Shown here piece by piece: positions 1 through 12,109 of a DNA stretch of 64,000 nucleotides. The stretch is from Octopus vulgaris (taxonomy: Eukaryota), in assembly GCA_951406725.2 (NCBI GenBank), contig OX597835.1, forward strand, positions 36,084,001 to 36,148,000, in the 5' to 3' direction. The position numbers and the translations under genes were made by a program. Within the stretch, counting starts at the first letter, position 1. Each line of letters starts with the position of its first letter. Below the pieces are notes generated by a model. That model was not told the origin of the DNA, did not search any database, and saw only the letters and a program-made list of their open reading frames with translations.

Positions 1-391
1 ATCAGAGGTCTGGAGGTGTGTATGTATATATGATGTGATGTGTAAAGTCGTATGGTGTAGTGTAGAGAGAGGAGATGAGGGAAGAGGGGGTAAGGGGGAG
101 AGCGGGGGGAGGCGGAGGGGGAGAAAGAAAGGGGAGAAGGAAAGGGGAGAAGGGAGGGGGAATGGGGAGAAGGAAGGAGAGGAGAAGAGGAGGGGAGCGA
201 AGGGGGAGAAGGGAGGAGAGGAGAAGAGGAGGAGGGAGGATAGAGGGAGAGGGGGAGATAGAGAGAGAAGGGGAGTGAGGGAGCAGAGAGAAAGAGGGAG
301 GGGAAGAGGGAAGAAGGAGGGAGGGAGAAAGAGGGAAGAAGGGAAGAGGAGTAGGGGTGAAAGGATGAAAGACTGAAGAGAAGTAGGGGTC

Positions 392-516
392 GGGGGAGGT
401 TAGATGAGGAGGGGGAAAGGAGGTTAGATGAGGAGGGGGAGAGGGGGTTAGATGAGGAGGGGGAGAGGGTGGTTAGATGAGGAGGGGGGGAGAGGGGGTT
501 AGATGAGGAGGGGAGG
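392..516. repeat. G-rich minisatellite, about 5 copies of GG(G)TTAGATGAGGAGGGGG(A)
   Basis: Repeated ggttagatgaggaggggg units visible. Confidence 0.8.
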
Positions 517-558
517 GAGAGTTGAGACCAAATGGCGTATAAGAGCGAAGAGAGAAGA

Positions 559-965
559 TTAATTCCTGTTACGGGAATCCGGATGGCCTCTGAGCAAGGA
601 CAAACCGAACACAGACAGGTGTTGCAAGGAGTGACCGGTGGAGCGGAAATGGCGTGAGACCGGTGTGTCGTTGGCAAGGCGGATATCACGGAGGTGTTCC
701 GCGAACCGGTCAGCCAAGCGGCGTCCCGTTTGTCCGATGTACAGGGAATGGCAGAGAGAGCAAGAGACGCAATAGATAATATTGCTAGAGGTGCAGGTGA
801 AGGAGTTGATGATGCGATAGGGTCGATGATGGGTGCCAGTGAGGAGGGTGGTGTTGGAGAGGTAAGGGCAAGTGCGGCAACGTGGGCGGGAGCAGGGGAA
901 CGAGCCAGGTTGGGAGGTAGGGTCAGGGAAGGAGCTATGGACCAAAAGGTCTCGAAGGTTATGGG
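559..965 (-). mobile_element. Penelope-like element fragment: Cys-rich linker plus GIY-YIG endonuclease, 5'-truncated at a (TAGA)n tract
   Basis: ORF 559..978 reads NLRDLLV..CSRPRCRTC..FTCTSSNIIYCVSCSLCHSLYIGQTGRRLADRFAEH..PVSRHF, which is the PLE GIY-YIG with CxxC and His motifs. Confidence 0.9.
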
Positions 966-984
966 CACATACATACATACAGAC

Positions 985-1170
<186 letters not shown>

Positions 1171-1634
1171 TTAAAGACCGTAAAAGTAAATTTGTGTTAC
1201 TTTAAAAGTATGTCAGGTTTCTGCTCGTCAGAACTACTGCTGGTATTGCCGCTGCTGCTGCTGCTGCCGTTGTTTTTGTTTTTTTATCTTCTTCCTTGGT
1301 TTCCTTATACTTTATTACCAGTGACGGCGGTGGGCGGAGGAGAGGAGGGAAGATTGTGTGTTGGGGGAGGCGAGGGCGACGGATGATAGTGTCGATAATG
1401 AGGTTACGGTTGATATGGTGGTGGTGGTCGTCATCGTCGTCGTCGTAGTTGTGTTTGTATTCGACGTCAGGTGTTGTTTGAAGCAGTGGAGGTGGTGGAG
1501 GTGGAGGAAGAGGAGGAGGAGGAGGAACAGACGGTGGAGGTCATGGTCAAGCGAGTAAGGAATTATGCTGGTTGTGGTCATGAAGGCGAATGGTTTTCGC
1601 GTGGCGTAGAGCAATTATTGAAAAATGGCGGCTG

Positions 1635-2120
1635 ACGATGATGATCATGATGACGACGATGATGATAATGATGTTGATGATGATGATCATGATGACGACG
1701 ATGATGATGATAATGATGATGAGGATTAGGATGATGATGATGATGATGATAACGACGAGGAAGACGATGTGGATGGTGCTGAGGATGATGATGATGGTGA
1801 TGGCGATGATGATGATAATGATTATGATACGACGACGACGACGACGACGACGATGATGATGATGATGATGATATTCACTATGATAATCATGACGATGAGG
1901 ATTAGGCTGATGATGATGATGATGATAATGACGACGACGACGATGATGTGGATGGTGCTGAGGATGATGATGATGGTGATGGCGATGATGATGATAATGA
2001 TGATGATTACGACGACGACGACGATGATGATGATGATCGTCATCATCATCATCATCATCATCAGCATTAGGTGGTGGTGGTGACGGTGACGGTGATAACG
2101 ATGACGATGATGATGATGAT
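1635..2120. repeat. (GAT/GAC)n trinucleotide low-complexity tract with an internal duplication
   Basis: gaggattagg..gatgtggatggtgctgagg block occurs twice. Confidence 0.85.
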
Positions 2121-2471
2121 AGTAGTTGAGGTGCGTGTGAGTGTGGAGGGAGGAGGGCAAGAAAGACGAAGCTGGTTGTTGGGTTGTGGGGTTGTGGGGG
2201 AAGGTTTAAAAGATGGCGACGGCGATGGAACGGTGTAATTAGAAAGATTATTTACCGAACACTGAGCGAAGGAACTGAAGAATTTTTGCCATTTTCTAAA
2301 AGTGTGACCTTTTCTAGAGCCGAGTAAAAGACAGCGGGAAATATATGTTATTGCTGCCAGTGTTTGAAAAAGAGGGCCATTATACATACATATATACCTG
2401 TACAGGTGAGAGAGTAAATATATAATTAGTACTCTCTCCCTCTTTTTACGCACACAAACTGTTTTATATAC

Positions 2472-2533
<62 letters not shown>

Positions 2534-3148
2534 GTGTATATACATGTGTGTGTGTATAAATATAAATATATATGCGTATATACATGTATATGTATATATA
2601 TATATATATATATATGCCATTTTGTATTCTTTGTTCCGTGGGATATTTTATTTATTTCTTCATTTTGTCTGTGCGTCACTTTTCGTTTAAGTGAAGGATT
2701 ATCGTCAGTGTCTTCAAAGGTATTACATACATACTTACATGTGTATATACATTCCTATACGTATATACGCATACACACACACATTCATACTTACATATTT
2801 ATATATACACACACACACACACACACATATATATACATATATATATATGTATACATATATACATACATATACAGATATATACATTTATGTTATATATATA
2901 TATATATATATATATATGTAAAGATATTTATACACACGAACACAGAACCATTCGCTCACACGTATATACTATATAATGTGTATTAATATGCTCTAATCAC
3001 ATAAATATATACCCTCAATGATATATATTCATACACACACACACATATACACTCACTCTCATACATATAAATGTAAGTATACATAACTTGGTATATAAGT
3101 GTAAGTGTGTATATACTTATTTTTCATGTACACATATATGTGTATATA

Positions 3149-3208
<60 letters not shown>

Positions 3209-3209
3209 G

Positions 3210-3250
<41 letters not shown>

Positions 3251-3332
3251 ATATATATACGTATATACATATATATATATAAGTATATAAGTATATATAC
3301 ATATATATATGTATAAAAAATATAAAATATAT

Positions 3333-3534
<202 letters not shown>

Positions 3535-3794
3535 CATCCCTGACATTAATCCAATGTGTTTGAAATGCTGCCCAAGGCAAAACAGAATGTAAGTAATTGA
3601 ATCTGTTTGTGTTTGTTACTGTCAATTGTTGTCTGTTACTCATTCCACTCGTCATCATCATCATTATTCCATTATTCCATCATTCCATCATTCCATCACC
3701 CTGCTGCTGCTGCTGCTGCTGCTGCTACTTCTGCTTAACAAATTGGTGACTTGTCTTTTTTTACTCCCTCGCACTCTCCGCATCTCTCTTTCTT

Positions 3795-3867
<73 letters not shown>

Positions 3868-4259
3868 ATCTCTTTGTCCTTTTCTTCGTGTATATTTCCC
3901 CTTTGCTGCTCTTTTTTTATTTATCCTTCCTCTCATTCTCTTTCTCTCTTTCTCTCTCTCTCTTTCTGTTTCCTTTTTCACACACCCCACCCCACCATCG
4001 TATACTTCTCCACCCCCTTTTTCCCTCTTTTTTTTTGCCTTTAATACTTTCGCTTCTCTCTTGTTTCATCACATGTTCCTACGTCTCTCTCTATTTTTAT
4101 CTTCCCCCCTCTCTCTGTATCACTCTATCTCTCTCTTTCTAACTTACTTTTTCTATCACTGTATATCTCTCTACCTCTGTCTCCTTCCCTCTCCCTCTAA
4201 CATTGTATGTCTCTCTATCTCAATCTCTCTCTCTATCATTGTATATCTCTTAATCTCTG

Positions 4260-4297
<38 letters not shown>

Positions 4298-4943
4298 TCA
4301 CTGCATCTCTCTGTCTCCATCTCTCTTTCTATTCCTGTCTCTCTGTCAGACAATATCTCTCTCCGCTTTTCTTCCCTCTGTATTTGACTCTTTCTCTCTC
4401 TCTCGCTCTCCTCCCCCTCTCTCCCCCTCTCTCTTTCTCCCTCTCTGTCGCTATCTCTCTCTTTTTCTGTAGCTCTCTGTGTATCTTTATTTCTCTTGCT
4501 CCCTCTCTATCAATCTCCGTTTCTCTCTCTTTATTTTCCCACTTTATTTCTCCCTCTTTCTGCCTCTGCCTCTTTTTCTCTCTCTCTTTCTTGCTCTCTC
4601 TCTCCCCTTTGTCCCCTTCCCACCCTCTCAATTTTTCCACTCTCACTTGTTCTCTTATTCTCCCTTTCGTAGCTATTTTTCTTCCTTCCCTGTAATTCTT
4701 TCTCACTCTCCTTCACTTCCTCGTTCTCACCAACTCCTCATCCCCTCTCTCTCTCTTTCTTCCTTTTTCTCTCTCACCCCTCTCTCTCTCTCTCTTTCTC
4801 TCTGTAAGTCTGTCAGTCTGACTGTCTCTGTCTCTTTCTTTCTCTATTTCTCGTTCCTCACCCACCCCTTGCGTAGCCTAGCTCCCTTACTTTCTCTCTC
4901 TGACTCCCTTTCTTTCTCCTACTTTGTCTCTCTCCCTCTTTCT

Positions 4944-4976
<33 letters not shown>

Positions 4977-5170
4977 CCCATTTCTCGTTGTACGTGTGTA
5001 CATATATCCAAACACACACTGATATCTATACATACATCCTTTTCTTTATACAAGCCGCATATTCATATTTGCCATACATATACACCGTGTGTGTATGTGT
5101 ACATGAAATATAACCATATACATATACATAAGCGCCGGAGCGGCTGCTTGGTAAGTAGCATATGCCCGTG

Positions 5171-5438
5171 CACGGGCATATGGCGTAGTGGTTAAGAGCG
5201 TGGGCTACTAACCTCAAGATTCCGAGTTCGATTCCAAGCAGTGACCTGAATAATAATAATATTAACATCGAAAAATACCTTAGGAATGAGAACCCAGGTT
5301 CGAAATTTCCCCAAGACACCTGAAGAAGACTAGAAGGTATATCAGCCGAAACGTTGTGTTAACAAACAAGATGAGGGCAAATATCCGTCGAATGAATGTA
5401 AATAATGTACATAATTCCTCATCTCTTAAATATAGACT
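5171..5438 (+). mobile_element. tRNA-headed short element with a hammerhead-bearing tail (HHR-SINE, copy 1)
   Basis: A box TGGCGTAGTGG (5181), B box GAGTTCGATTCC (~5224), short (AAT)n, then a tail with an HHR motif. The same head and tail recur at 56455-57745. Confidence 0.8.
5315..5360 (+). ncRNA. Minimal type-I hammerhead ribozyme motif (stem II decayed)
   Basis: GACAC-CTGAAGA-A-GACTA..CAGCC-GAAAC-GTT-GTGTT. Confidence 0.7.
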
Positions 5439-5557
5439 CTTAAATAAGACTACAATAGTTTGACATAACGGGCTCTGTTCCAGTTTGGAATTTAGGAGAA
5501 TGCGTGGGAAATTGGTAAGATGGTTAAAATGTTGCATTAATAGAGGGTCGTTCTTCA

Positions 5558-6190
5558 AGTCGACACTACGATCCGTCGACACTGAGATGCGTCGTCATTA
5601 TGCTTAAGTCAACACTTTGAATTATCGGCCATCATTCGACACCACGATTCATTGTTCCTACACTAAGATCCGTCCACACTACAAATTCATTGACTCCACG
5701 ATCCGATATTACTGCGATCCGTAAACACTGCCAAACGTCGGCTATACGTTTAAGTCGACATTGCGTTTAGCCCGACTCTATGTGTAAGTCGACACTACGA
5801 TTCAATAAAGTAAGAAAAGGTTACCTTCTCGAGTCATACCGACTCAAAAGGAGCAGTTTTTCCGGTTTCCATGACATGAATTCCCCACAAGGACGGGACG
5901 CCAGTCCGTTGCAGGATTACTTATTTTTGCCTGCTGAGTGGACAGGAGCAACATGAAATGAAGTGTTTTGCTCAAGAACACAACGCATCGCCCGGTCCAG
6001 GAATCGAAACCACAATCTTACGATCATGAATCCAACAACCTAACCACTAAGCCACGCGCATGATCCACAACACTGCGATCCGTCATTCATCATTTGAACA
6101 CAATGACTAATTGTCACCCCGATCTGTTGACATTAAGCTCAAGTTGTCTCTGCAATCCGTAGACACTAAATTCATTCGACACTACTACCT
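5558..6190. repeat. Degenerate ~16-18 bp minisatellite (GTCGACACTACGATCC-like) interrupted by a SINE
   Basis: Recurrent gtcgacact / gatccgt units on both sides of 5810-6060. Confidence 0.6.
5810..6060 (-). mobile_element. tRNA-derived SINE (OR-like family)
   Basis: Reverse strand begins gcgcgtggcttagtggttagg..ggtttcgattcc (A and B boxes); related to 53860-54172. Confidence 0.7.
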
Positions 6191-6197
6191 ATGTATG

Positions 6198-6246
<49 letters not shown>

Positions 6247-6421
6247 GTTTAAATATTTGTTGTGCAAGATTTTTTATGTGAAGTCGTGTGTTGAAACAGA
6301 TATTGTTATATTTCGGAATGGTCATATTGCCAGTTTAGCCAATAAAAACACACGCACTATATATTTGGTGTTATTTTGCTTCAGTGATATTTATTTTTTA
6401 CATTAATCTTAATCTTATTTC

Positions 6422-6465
6422 GGCCAAAGTTCTTTCGTCACACTCCTGTGACCGCATCAGTGGTC
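6422..6465 (-). ncRNA. Hammerhead-like motif in the PLE 3' pseudo-LTR (sense to the element)
   Basis: GACCA-CTGATGC-G-GTCACA(GGAG)TGTGAC-GAAAG-AA-CTT-TGGCC; A9->C variant core. Confidence 0.6.
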
Positions 6466-6989
6466 CTTTGTTTTCTTCTCACTTACTTGTGTCTCTCCTT
6501 ACTAACCGTCAGCCATTTTGTATTTCTATTGTATGTCTTCATTTGCGCATGCTTATATCTCTATGTGCGTCTATGTTTATTTAGTGTGTGTGGGGGGGGA
6601 TGCCTGTAATATTTGTATCTTCTGGTTATATACATTCTTGTAATTTGTATTTTGTTTTTGTTGTTGTTGCTTTTGTTCTAATTTTATTCATGTGTTTACA
6701 TCCACCCATTATTATCATTACATATGCTTGTATGTATGTATAACAACAATATTAGTAATAATAATAATAAATCTAATCGAGAAAAAAAAAAAAAAAAAAA
6801 GAATATACATATACATATATATATATATACATACATATACATATACATATATATATATATATATACATATATACACACATATATACACACATACATATAC
6901 ATATATATACACATATACATATATATAGATATTCATTTCTATTTCTTTAATTACCTGTGTATTTATTATGTTTGCAGGATCCACTATTG

Positions 6990-7575
6990 TCATATGTTGT
7001 GGTGTGCGCTATTGCTCCATTCTAGTTTTCTATTCAGGCTAGGTTTATTTTCTATTATATGTGTAGCTTCTGTAATTTGTCTAATTGTTGCATCTGTTCT
7101 ATGTGTGGACAATATCTTAATCTCTATGTTATTGATTGATCCCCCGTGTTCTTGTTCGGCGTGTTGGTACAGAATCGATGAGCTTTTACCTTCCTTGAGT
7201 TGTCTCCAATGTTCATTCACCCGCTCACCAATGCTTCTTGCAGTTTCCCCTACGTATGTTACTGTCTTGTTACTGCATCGTCCCTCTATACATCTTATAC
7301 TATAGACCACATTTCTGGCTTTACAGTTCGTTTGTGGGCTAAATCTACATACAGTGCAATAGTTATCCGTACAGAGAGTTCTACTAAAAGGATAGGTTCT
7401 ACCAATTATAGATCTGATAGGGTTGCCTGGCTTTTCAACAACCTTAATTCTTAGTTTAAGTTTATCTAGGGTCCTTCTAAAGCGGTACGCTAGTTCACCT
7501 CCAGGGGTGGTGTCAACGAACATGACACTCTGGTATTTATGGCTATCATACCAAGAGTTGGCCTTCCTTATTTTC
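6990..7575 (-). CDS. PLE C-terminal Zn-linker plus GIY-YIG endonuclease, separated from the RT by a 1-nt frameshift
   Basis: [51 protein letters not shown]. Confidence 0.9.
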
Positions 7576-9325
7576 TTTTTGTCCTTTCTATAGTGTTCCA
7601 TGACTTGTTCCTATAGAGTGGGCAAATCCCATTCCTATCATTACATAATATATTATCAAATTTCTTCATGGCTCCTTTGTATACTCTGATCCTTTCTTTA
7701 TGGCTGTAACCTGAGAACTGCATGCGGTGAATGAAATACTGTATGTGTCTCTTTAATTCTGTAGGCTCGCACATGCGTGACACATTTCTCATTATTCTGA
7801 CGAGGTCTGCCATCAAAATATTGAATTTGGCATTGCCCGCAATGGCTGAGTTCCGGTGGATCAGGTATTTTGAGGCCATAGGTTTTGCATAGTATGAATG
7901 AAGGATTTGGGTTTTATTTTTCACAATTTCTAGCCAGAGTTCAGTGTCTAGTACTGGTAGTCTATGGTTGGGGTGTTTAGTGGGGTAGTCTATTGTGACC
8001 TTAATACTCTGGTGGATGGAGTTAGCTATTTGCTGGATGCTCTCCATAGTATTAGTATCTATTACTATATCAACAGTACTTTCTTGTGGGGGTGCCTTTA
8101 CTACTATATTGATATCATCAACATAGCGAGAGTACATGTTTACGAGTATGGATTTCTGCAGTAGGCATTCTTTAAGCCTTCTGTCCCACCATACCATGAA
8201 GAGGTTGGCCACATCACCAGCGATACTAACACCGATGGCTGCCCCCTCGTCCTGGGCATATATTTTATTATTAAATTTAAATGTGTGGCCTTTTAGGGTA
8301 ACTCTTATACTAGCTCCTAGTGCATGTGCGATCATTTTCTTTACCTGATGGACATTTGCGGGGCTCCGTATGGCTCTGGTCCATCCGCGCCATCTTTCTA
8401 TATGTGTCTTCCTAGCCATAGAAGTAATTGTAGGCGGTCTACCTCTTAAACATCTACTGGGGCAGAAACTACTAAGATTATGTTTATCTAAGTATTCACT
8501 ATTATATGTCAGTCTAAGTAGGAGGCCCAGTTCTTCTGTGTCGACATTACAGAACTCCACCTGGCTCTCGTTGATCATCTCCACGCACTTCTCCACTGCA
8601 AAATCTACGTCAATCGATGGGTATAGGGATACCACATCCATGCTACCTACTATACATCCTGTCAAGTCACAAGTTTTGTTACAGTCACTGATCCTGCTTA
8701 GGAGATCTTCTGTGCTGTCACATACATCAGGTGACATCCTGATTATAGGGCGTATGATCATTGAGAGGAAGTAGGAGATTCTGTAATTGCTAGCGATATT
8801 CGCTCCACAGACTGGTCTTGTTGGTGGTCCTGCTATAGGGTCAGTAAAACCTTTATGGTCCTTGCGAAGTCCATACAGTGCCGGGATATCATTGTTCCAG
8901 GCTTGGAAATTCTTTGCAGTACGTTTCTGAGGTCCCAGAACAATTGTCCACATCATCATGTGGGCATTGAGGACCTTTTCTCTCTCCTCATGCGCCTGTA
9001 CAGTTGTTACTTTTGTATTGGCGATATGAGGTTGCATTGCCTGGATGTAGTTCGGTAAGCTGTCTATTGACATCCTGCCGGACTTATCCGTGGGAAGGCA
9101 TATCACCTCTCCGTTCCTCGTGCGCTGAATGAGCTTCTGTAGGCCACATGCAGGTTTAATCCCTAGTTGTTGGGCATCTGTCTTATTCTGTCTCTGTCTC
9201 TTAATGTATAAACCTAAAATCTGTCTAAGTTTGGTCCTAGCTATAGTGAACTGTGCTTCCATGTGGTCATTAGTACGTCTTGGGATGTATACCCTTTTGT
9301 TGAAGGGTAATGTTGTTGGATAAAT
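7568..9325 (-). CDS. PLE reverse transcriptase (5'-truncated; frame stays open upstream of the ATG at 9262)
   Basis: Motifs TDKSG, LYGLRKDHK, PPTRPV, SMDVVSLYPSI, QDEGAAIG, YSRYVDD, LPVLD and thumb SGYS. Confidence 0.93.
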   Translation of the reverse strand: MYPTTLPFNKRVYIPRRTNDHMEAQFTIARTKLRQILGLYIKRQRQNKTDAQQLGIKPACGLQKLIQRTRNGEVICLPTDKSGRMSIDSLPNYIQAMQPHIANTKVTTVQAHEEREKVLNAHMMMWTIVLGPQKRTAKNFQAWNNDIPALYGLRKDHKGFTDPIAGPPTRPVCGANIASNYRISYFLSMIIRPIIRMSPDVCDSTEDLLSRISDCNKTCDLTGCIVGSMDVVSLYPSIDVDFAVEKCVEMINESQVEFCNVDTEELGLLLRLTYNSEYLDKHNLSSFCPSRCLRGRPPTITSMARKTHIERWRGWTRAIRSPANVHQVKKMIAHALGASIRVTLKGHTFKFNNKIYAQDEGAAIGVSIAGDVANLFMVWWDRRLKECLLQKSILVNMYSRYVDDINIVVKAPPQESTVDIVIDTNTMESIQQIANSIHQSIKVTIDYPTKHPNHRLPVLDTELWLEIVKNKTQILHSYYAKPMASKYLIHRNSAIAGNAKFNILMADLVRIMRNVSRMCEPTELKRHIQYFIHRMQFSGYSHKERIRVYKGAMKKFDNILCNDRNGICPLYRNKSWNTIERTKRK

Positions 9326-9352
9326 TCACAAGTAAGTGAGAAGAAAACAAAG

Positions 9353-9396
9353 GACCACTGATGCGGTCACAGGAGTGTGACGAAAGAACTTTGGCC
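9353..9396 (+). ncRNA. Hammerhead-like motif in the inverted pseudo-LTR copy
   Basis: Reverse-complement copy of 6422-6465. Confidence 0.6.
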
Positions 9397-9504
9397 GAAA
9401 TAAGATTAAGATTAATGTAAAAAATAAATATCACTGAAGCAAAATAACACCAAATATATAGTGCGTGTGTTTTTATTGGCTAAACTGGCAATATGACCAT
9501 TCCG

Positions 9505-9584
<80 letters not shown>

Positions 9585-10093
9585 TTATATATATACATAT
9601 GCACACGCGCAAGCACAAACATGGTTCAAGATTATACAAAAAAACAAATATCGAGAGGGTGAGAGACCCATCAATGCGTTAGCCCCATAAAGTTAACCGC
9701 TTTGGTCGCTGAGAAAATGACCTGCACTTCTACACTGATTGTTCTACACGTCTTGCAATAGCTACAAGAAAGAGAACCAGCGAAGTTGATTGGAACTACT
9801 GGAGTGCAAAGCACTGGTTCTATCAAGGAGACCAAGTCCAGAGAAACATTGATTTAGAGATTGGAAATTATGTATTGCTTATGAAAATGTCTGTCACCGT
9901 AGCCGTAGAGGGCAACCTGGTCGGGATTTCTGCCCCCACCCCTCTCTATCTATCCATCTAACACTCCCCCTCTCTCTCTCTCATTCTGTCTATTCCCTTT
10001 CTCATTCGGTCTTTATGTATAGATATATAATTATATATTAAATGATACATATATACATACATACATATATATATATACATATATATATATATG

Positions 10094-10127
<34 letters not shown>

Positions 10128-10224
10128 AAGTTAATCCAAACAAGAAAACACAAAAAAACACAGCAACGTGAGGTCGTGGAACAAATAAAGTATTATTGGA
10201 CGCTCAGGAAAGAAGGGAATGAGG

Positions 10225-10259
10225 GTTTAACGTTTCGAGCGGAGCTCTTCGTCGGAAAC
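10225..10259 (-). ncRNA. Minimal hammerhead-like motif in a short PLE-derived repeat (~10128-10330)
   Basis: GTTT-CCGACGA-A-GAGC(TCC)GCTC-GAAAC-GTT-AAAC; stems I and II pair perfectly, U4->C. Confidence 0.65.
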
Positions 10260-10325
10260 AAAGGAGAAGGAAAGATCTAGTGAAGGGAAGACAGAGGAAA
10301 AAAATTGCTGGCGGTGCTCACGAGG

Positions 10326-10418
<93 letters not shown>

Positions 10419-10803
10419 GATAGAGGGGGTGCAAAGGTATCACATGCAGGTTACAATACTTAATGCATTAATGTTATTACGATATTAAATTAGTTAGCCT
10501 CATATTTTAATACATTTATCATAATTATAATAATACTATTATCGTAACTTTTAATTTTGGGGATAAAAATAAATGTGTATTGTACGTATTTTATTTTTCA
10601 TAACTGTACACCTGCTTTTGAACTGCCCTGTATATATACAGAAAAAAAAAGAAAGCTTTCCGATCCGTGTGGTACTCGAACCCCCCCATCTCGTTGCTAA
10701 CGCGACGATGTGTGTTCCCTTTACACCAGCGAATTAGCTTCCCTGCTTCCATCAAATTTAAGAACTATGTTAGTTCGTATTTGTTTTATGTAAACAAACT
10801 TTC

Positions 10804-11037
10804 TATATGCTTTCGATGCGAATGGTTTTGGTATACGGTGCCGTAGTTTACAATCCAGCAAATAATAATAATGGTATTTATATAAGTATAAAGCTTATGG
10901 CGATCACCGTGCAATGATTGTGGAAAATAGTCTAATAAAAGAGCCATTAGCTTTAGGCTTAATAAACACCATTATTATTATTATTTACAGGTTTGTAAAA
11001 CACGGTACCGTATAACAAAATCATTCGCACAGAAAGC

Positions 11038-11043
<6 letters not shown>
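10804..11043. repeat. Long imperfect inverted repeat (about 95-100 bp arms), MITE/foldback-like
   Basis: tatatgctttc..tgcgaat..tatacggt.ccgt..aataataataatggt..aaagct.atggc is mirrored at 10943-11043. Confidence 0.75.
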
Positions 11044-11068
<25 letters not shown>

Positions 11069-11485
11069 TCGAAACGTGGAGTAGATGAAACAGGGACAAC
11101 TGAAGAAGGGAATATTATTTATGTTGTATGCCTCGTTTCTCTGTTTGTTTTTTTCGTTGTTCGAAAAAAGTTCATTTCTATGTTTTTGTTTTTATGTTTT
11201 CGTTTCTCATCGTGTTCAACGTTTTTTTATGCATATATATATATATACATATATATGTAGGTATGTACATATATGTATGTATATATGTATATATTCATAT
11301 ATTATCTATATTATATATGTATATATATATATATATGCATATGCACACGCGCAAAGACACACACGCGCACACACACTCATGGTTCAAAATTATGCAAAAA
11401 AGTAAAAATCGAGAAGGAGACAGAGACGATGAGAGAACAACAAAGTAATTGTAAAAGTTTGACGTCCAGGAAAAATGAAAGACGT

Positions 11486-11521
11486 CTTCGACGTTTCGAG
11501 CCTATGCTCTTCTACAGAAAA
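11486..11521 (-). ncRNA. Minimal hammerhead-like motif in a PLE-derived repeat (~11375-11830)
   Basis: TTTT-CTGTAGA-A-GAGC(ATAG)GCTC-GAAAC-GTC-GAAG; A6->U, GUC cleavage triplet. Confidence 0.55.
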
Positions 11522-12109
11522 TAATGAACAGGAAAAAGAGATGGGGAGAGGGGAATGTGGAGTGACAAAATAAACGTGTGTGGGTGAATGGTTGCACATG
11601 CTGAAATGACCGGAAGGAAGGAAATGGTTGAAGACATGAGTGGCAAAGGATACAACAGTGACCTGGCAAATGTGTGTTTGCGCAAACGTCTGTATATATA
11701 CGTGTATGGGCGAGTGCGTGTGTATGTGTGAGTAGGGCGCGGAGAGAAGCACGTGTACAACATTCCAGATACTCATGGTCCTGGAGTATGTATTGTCCGC
11801 ACTGATTTGCGTTGATGTACAGGTACCTGTATTTTATTTAGTTCTTTAAGGAAATTTATTATTTATTAATTTGAAGCATTTTGAACAAGGCGACCTCCTC
11901 TAATTCAGAAATATCTGTAATCCGGAAATATCTGTAATCCGTAGACTCTTCAGAAACTAAAGTTCAGGAAAATCGATGTTGTACATGTGTATAGATAGAT
12001 AGATATAGATATATCGAAACCTGTATACATATATTTATATACATACATACTGGCATATATACATACATACTATACACACACACACGAACATGCGCATATA
12101 TATATATAT

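Larger units (their letters stand above)
6247..9511 (-). mobile_element. Penelope-like retroelement (Naiad-type), 5'-truncated, with inverted partial pseudo-LTR, inserted in (TA)n
   Basis: RT plus GIY-YIG ORF; 6307-6491 is the reverse complement of 9327-9511; (TA)n on both flanks. Confidence 0.92.

Noticed and set aside
5181-5245. Possible tRNA genes (also 54100-54172)
   Set aside because: No acceptor stem or terminator; these are SINE heads continuing into repeat bodies.
6990-9325. Selenocysteine recoding in the Naiad-type ORF
   Set aside because: No in-frame TGA within the ORF, and no SECIS could be identified by eye.
9670-9935. Possible further GIY-YIG remnant
   Set aside because: Too degenerate to support.
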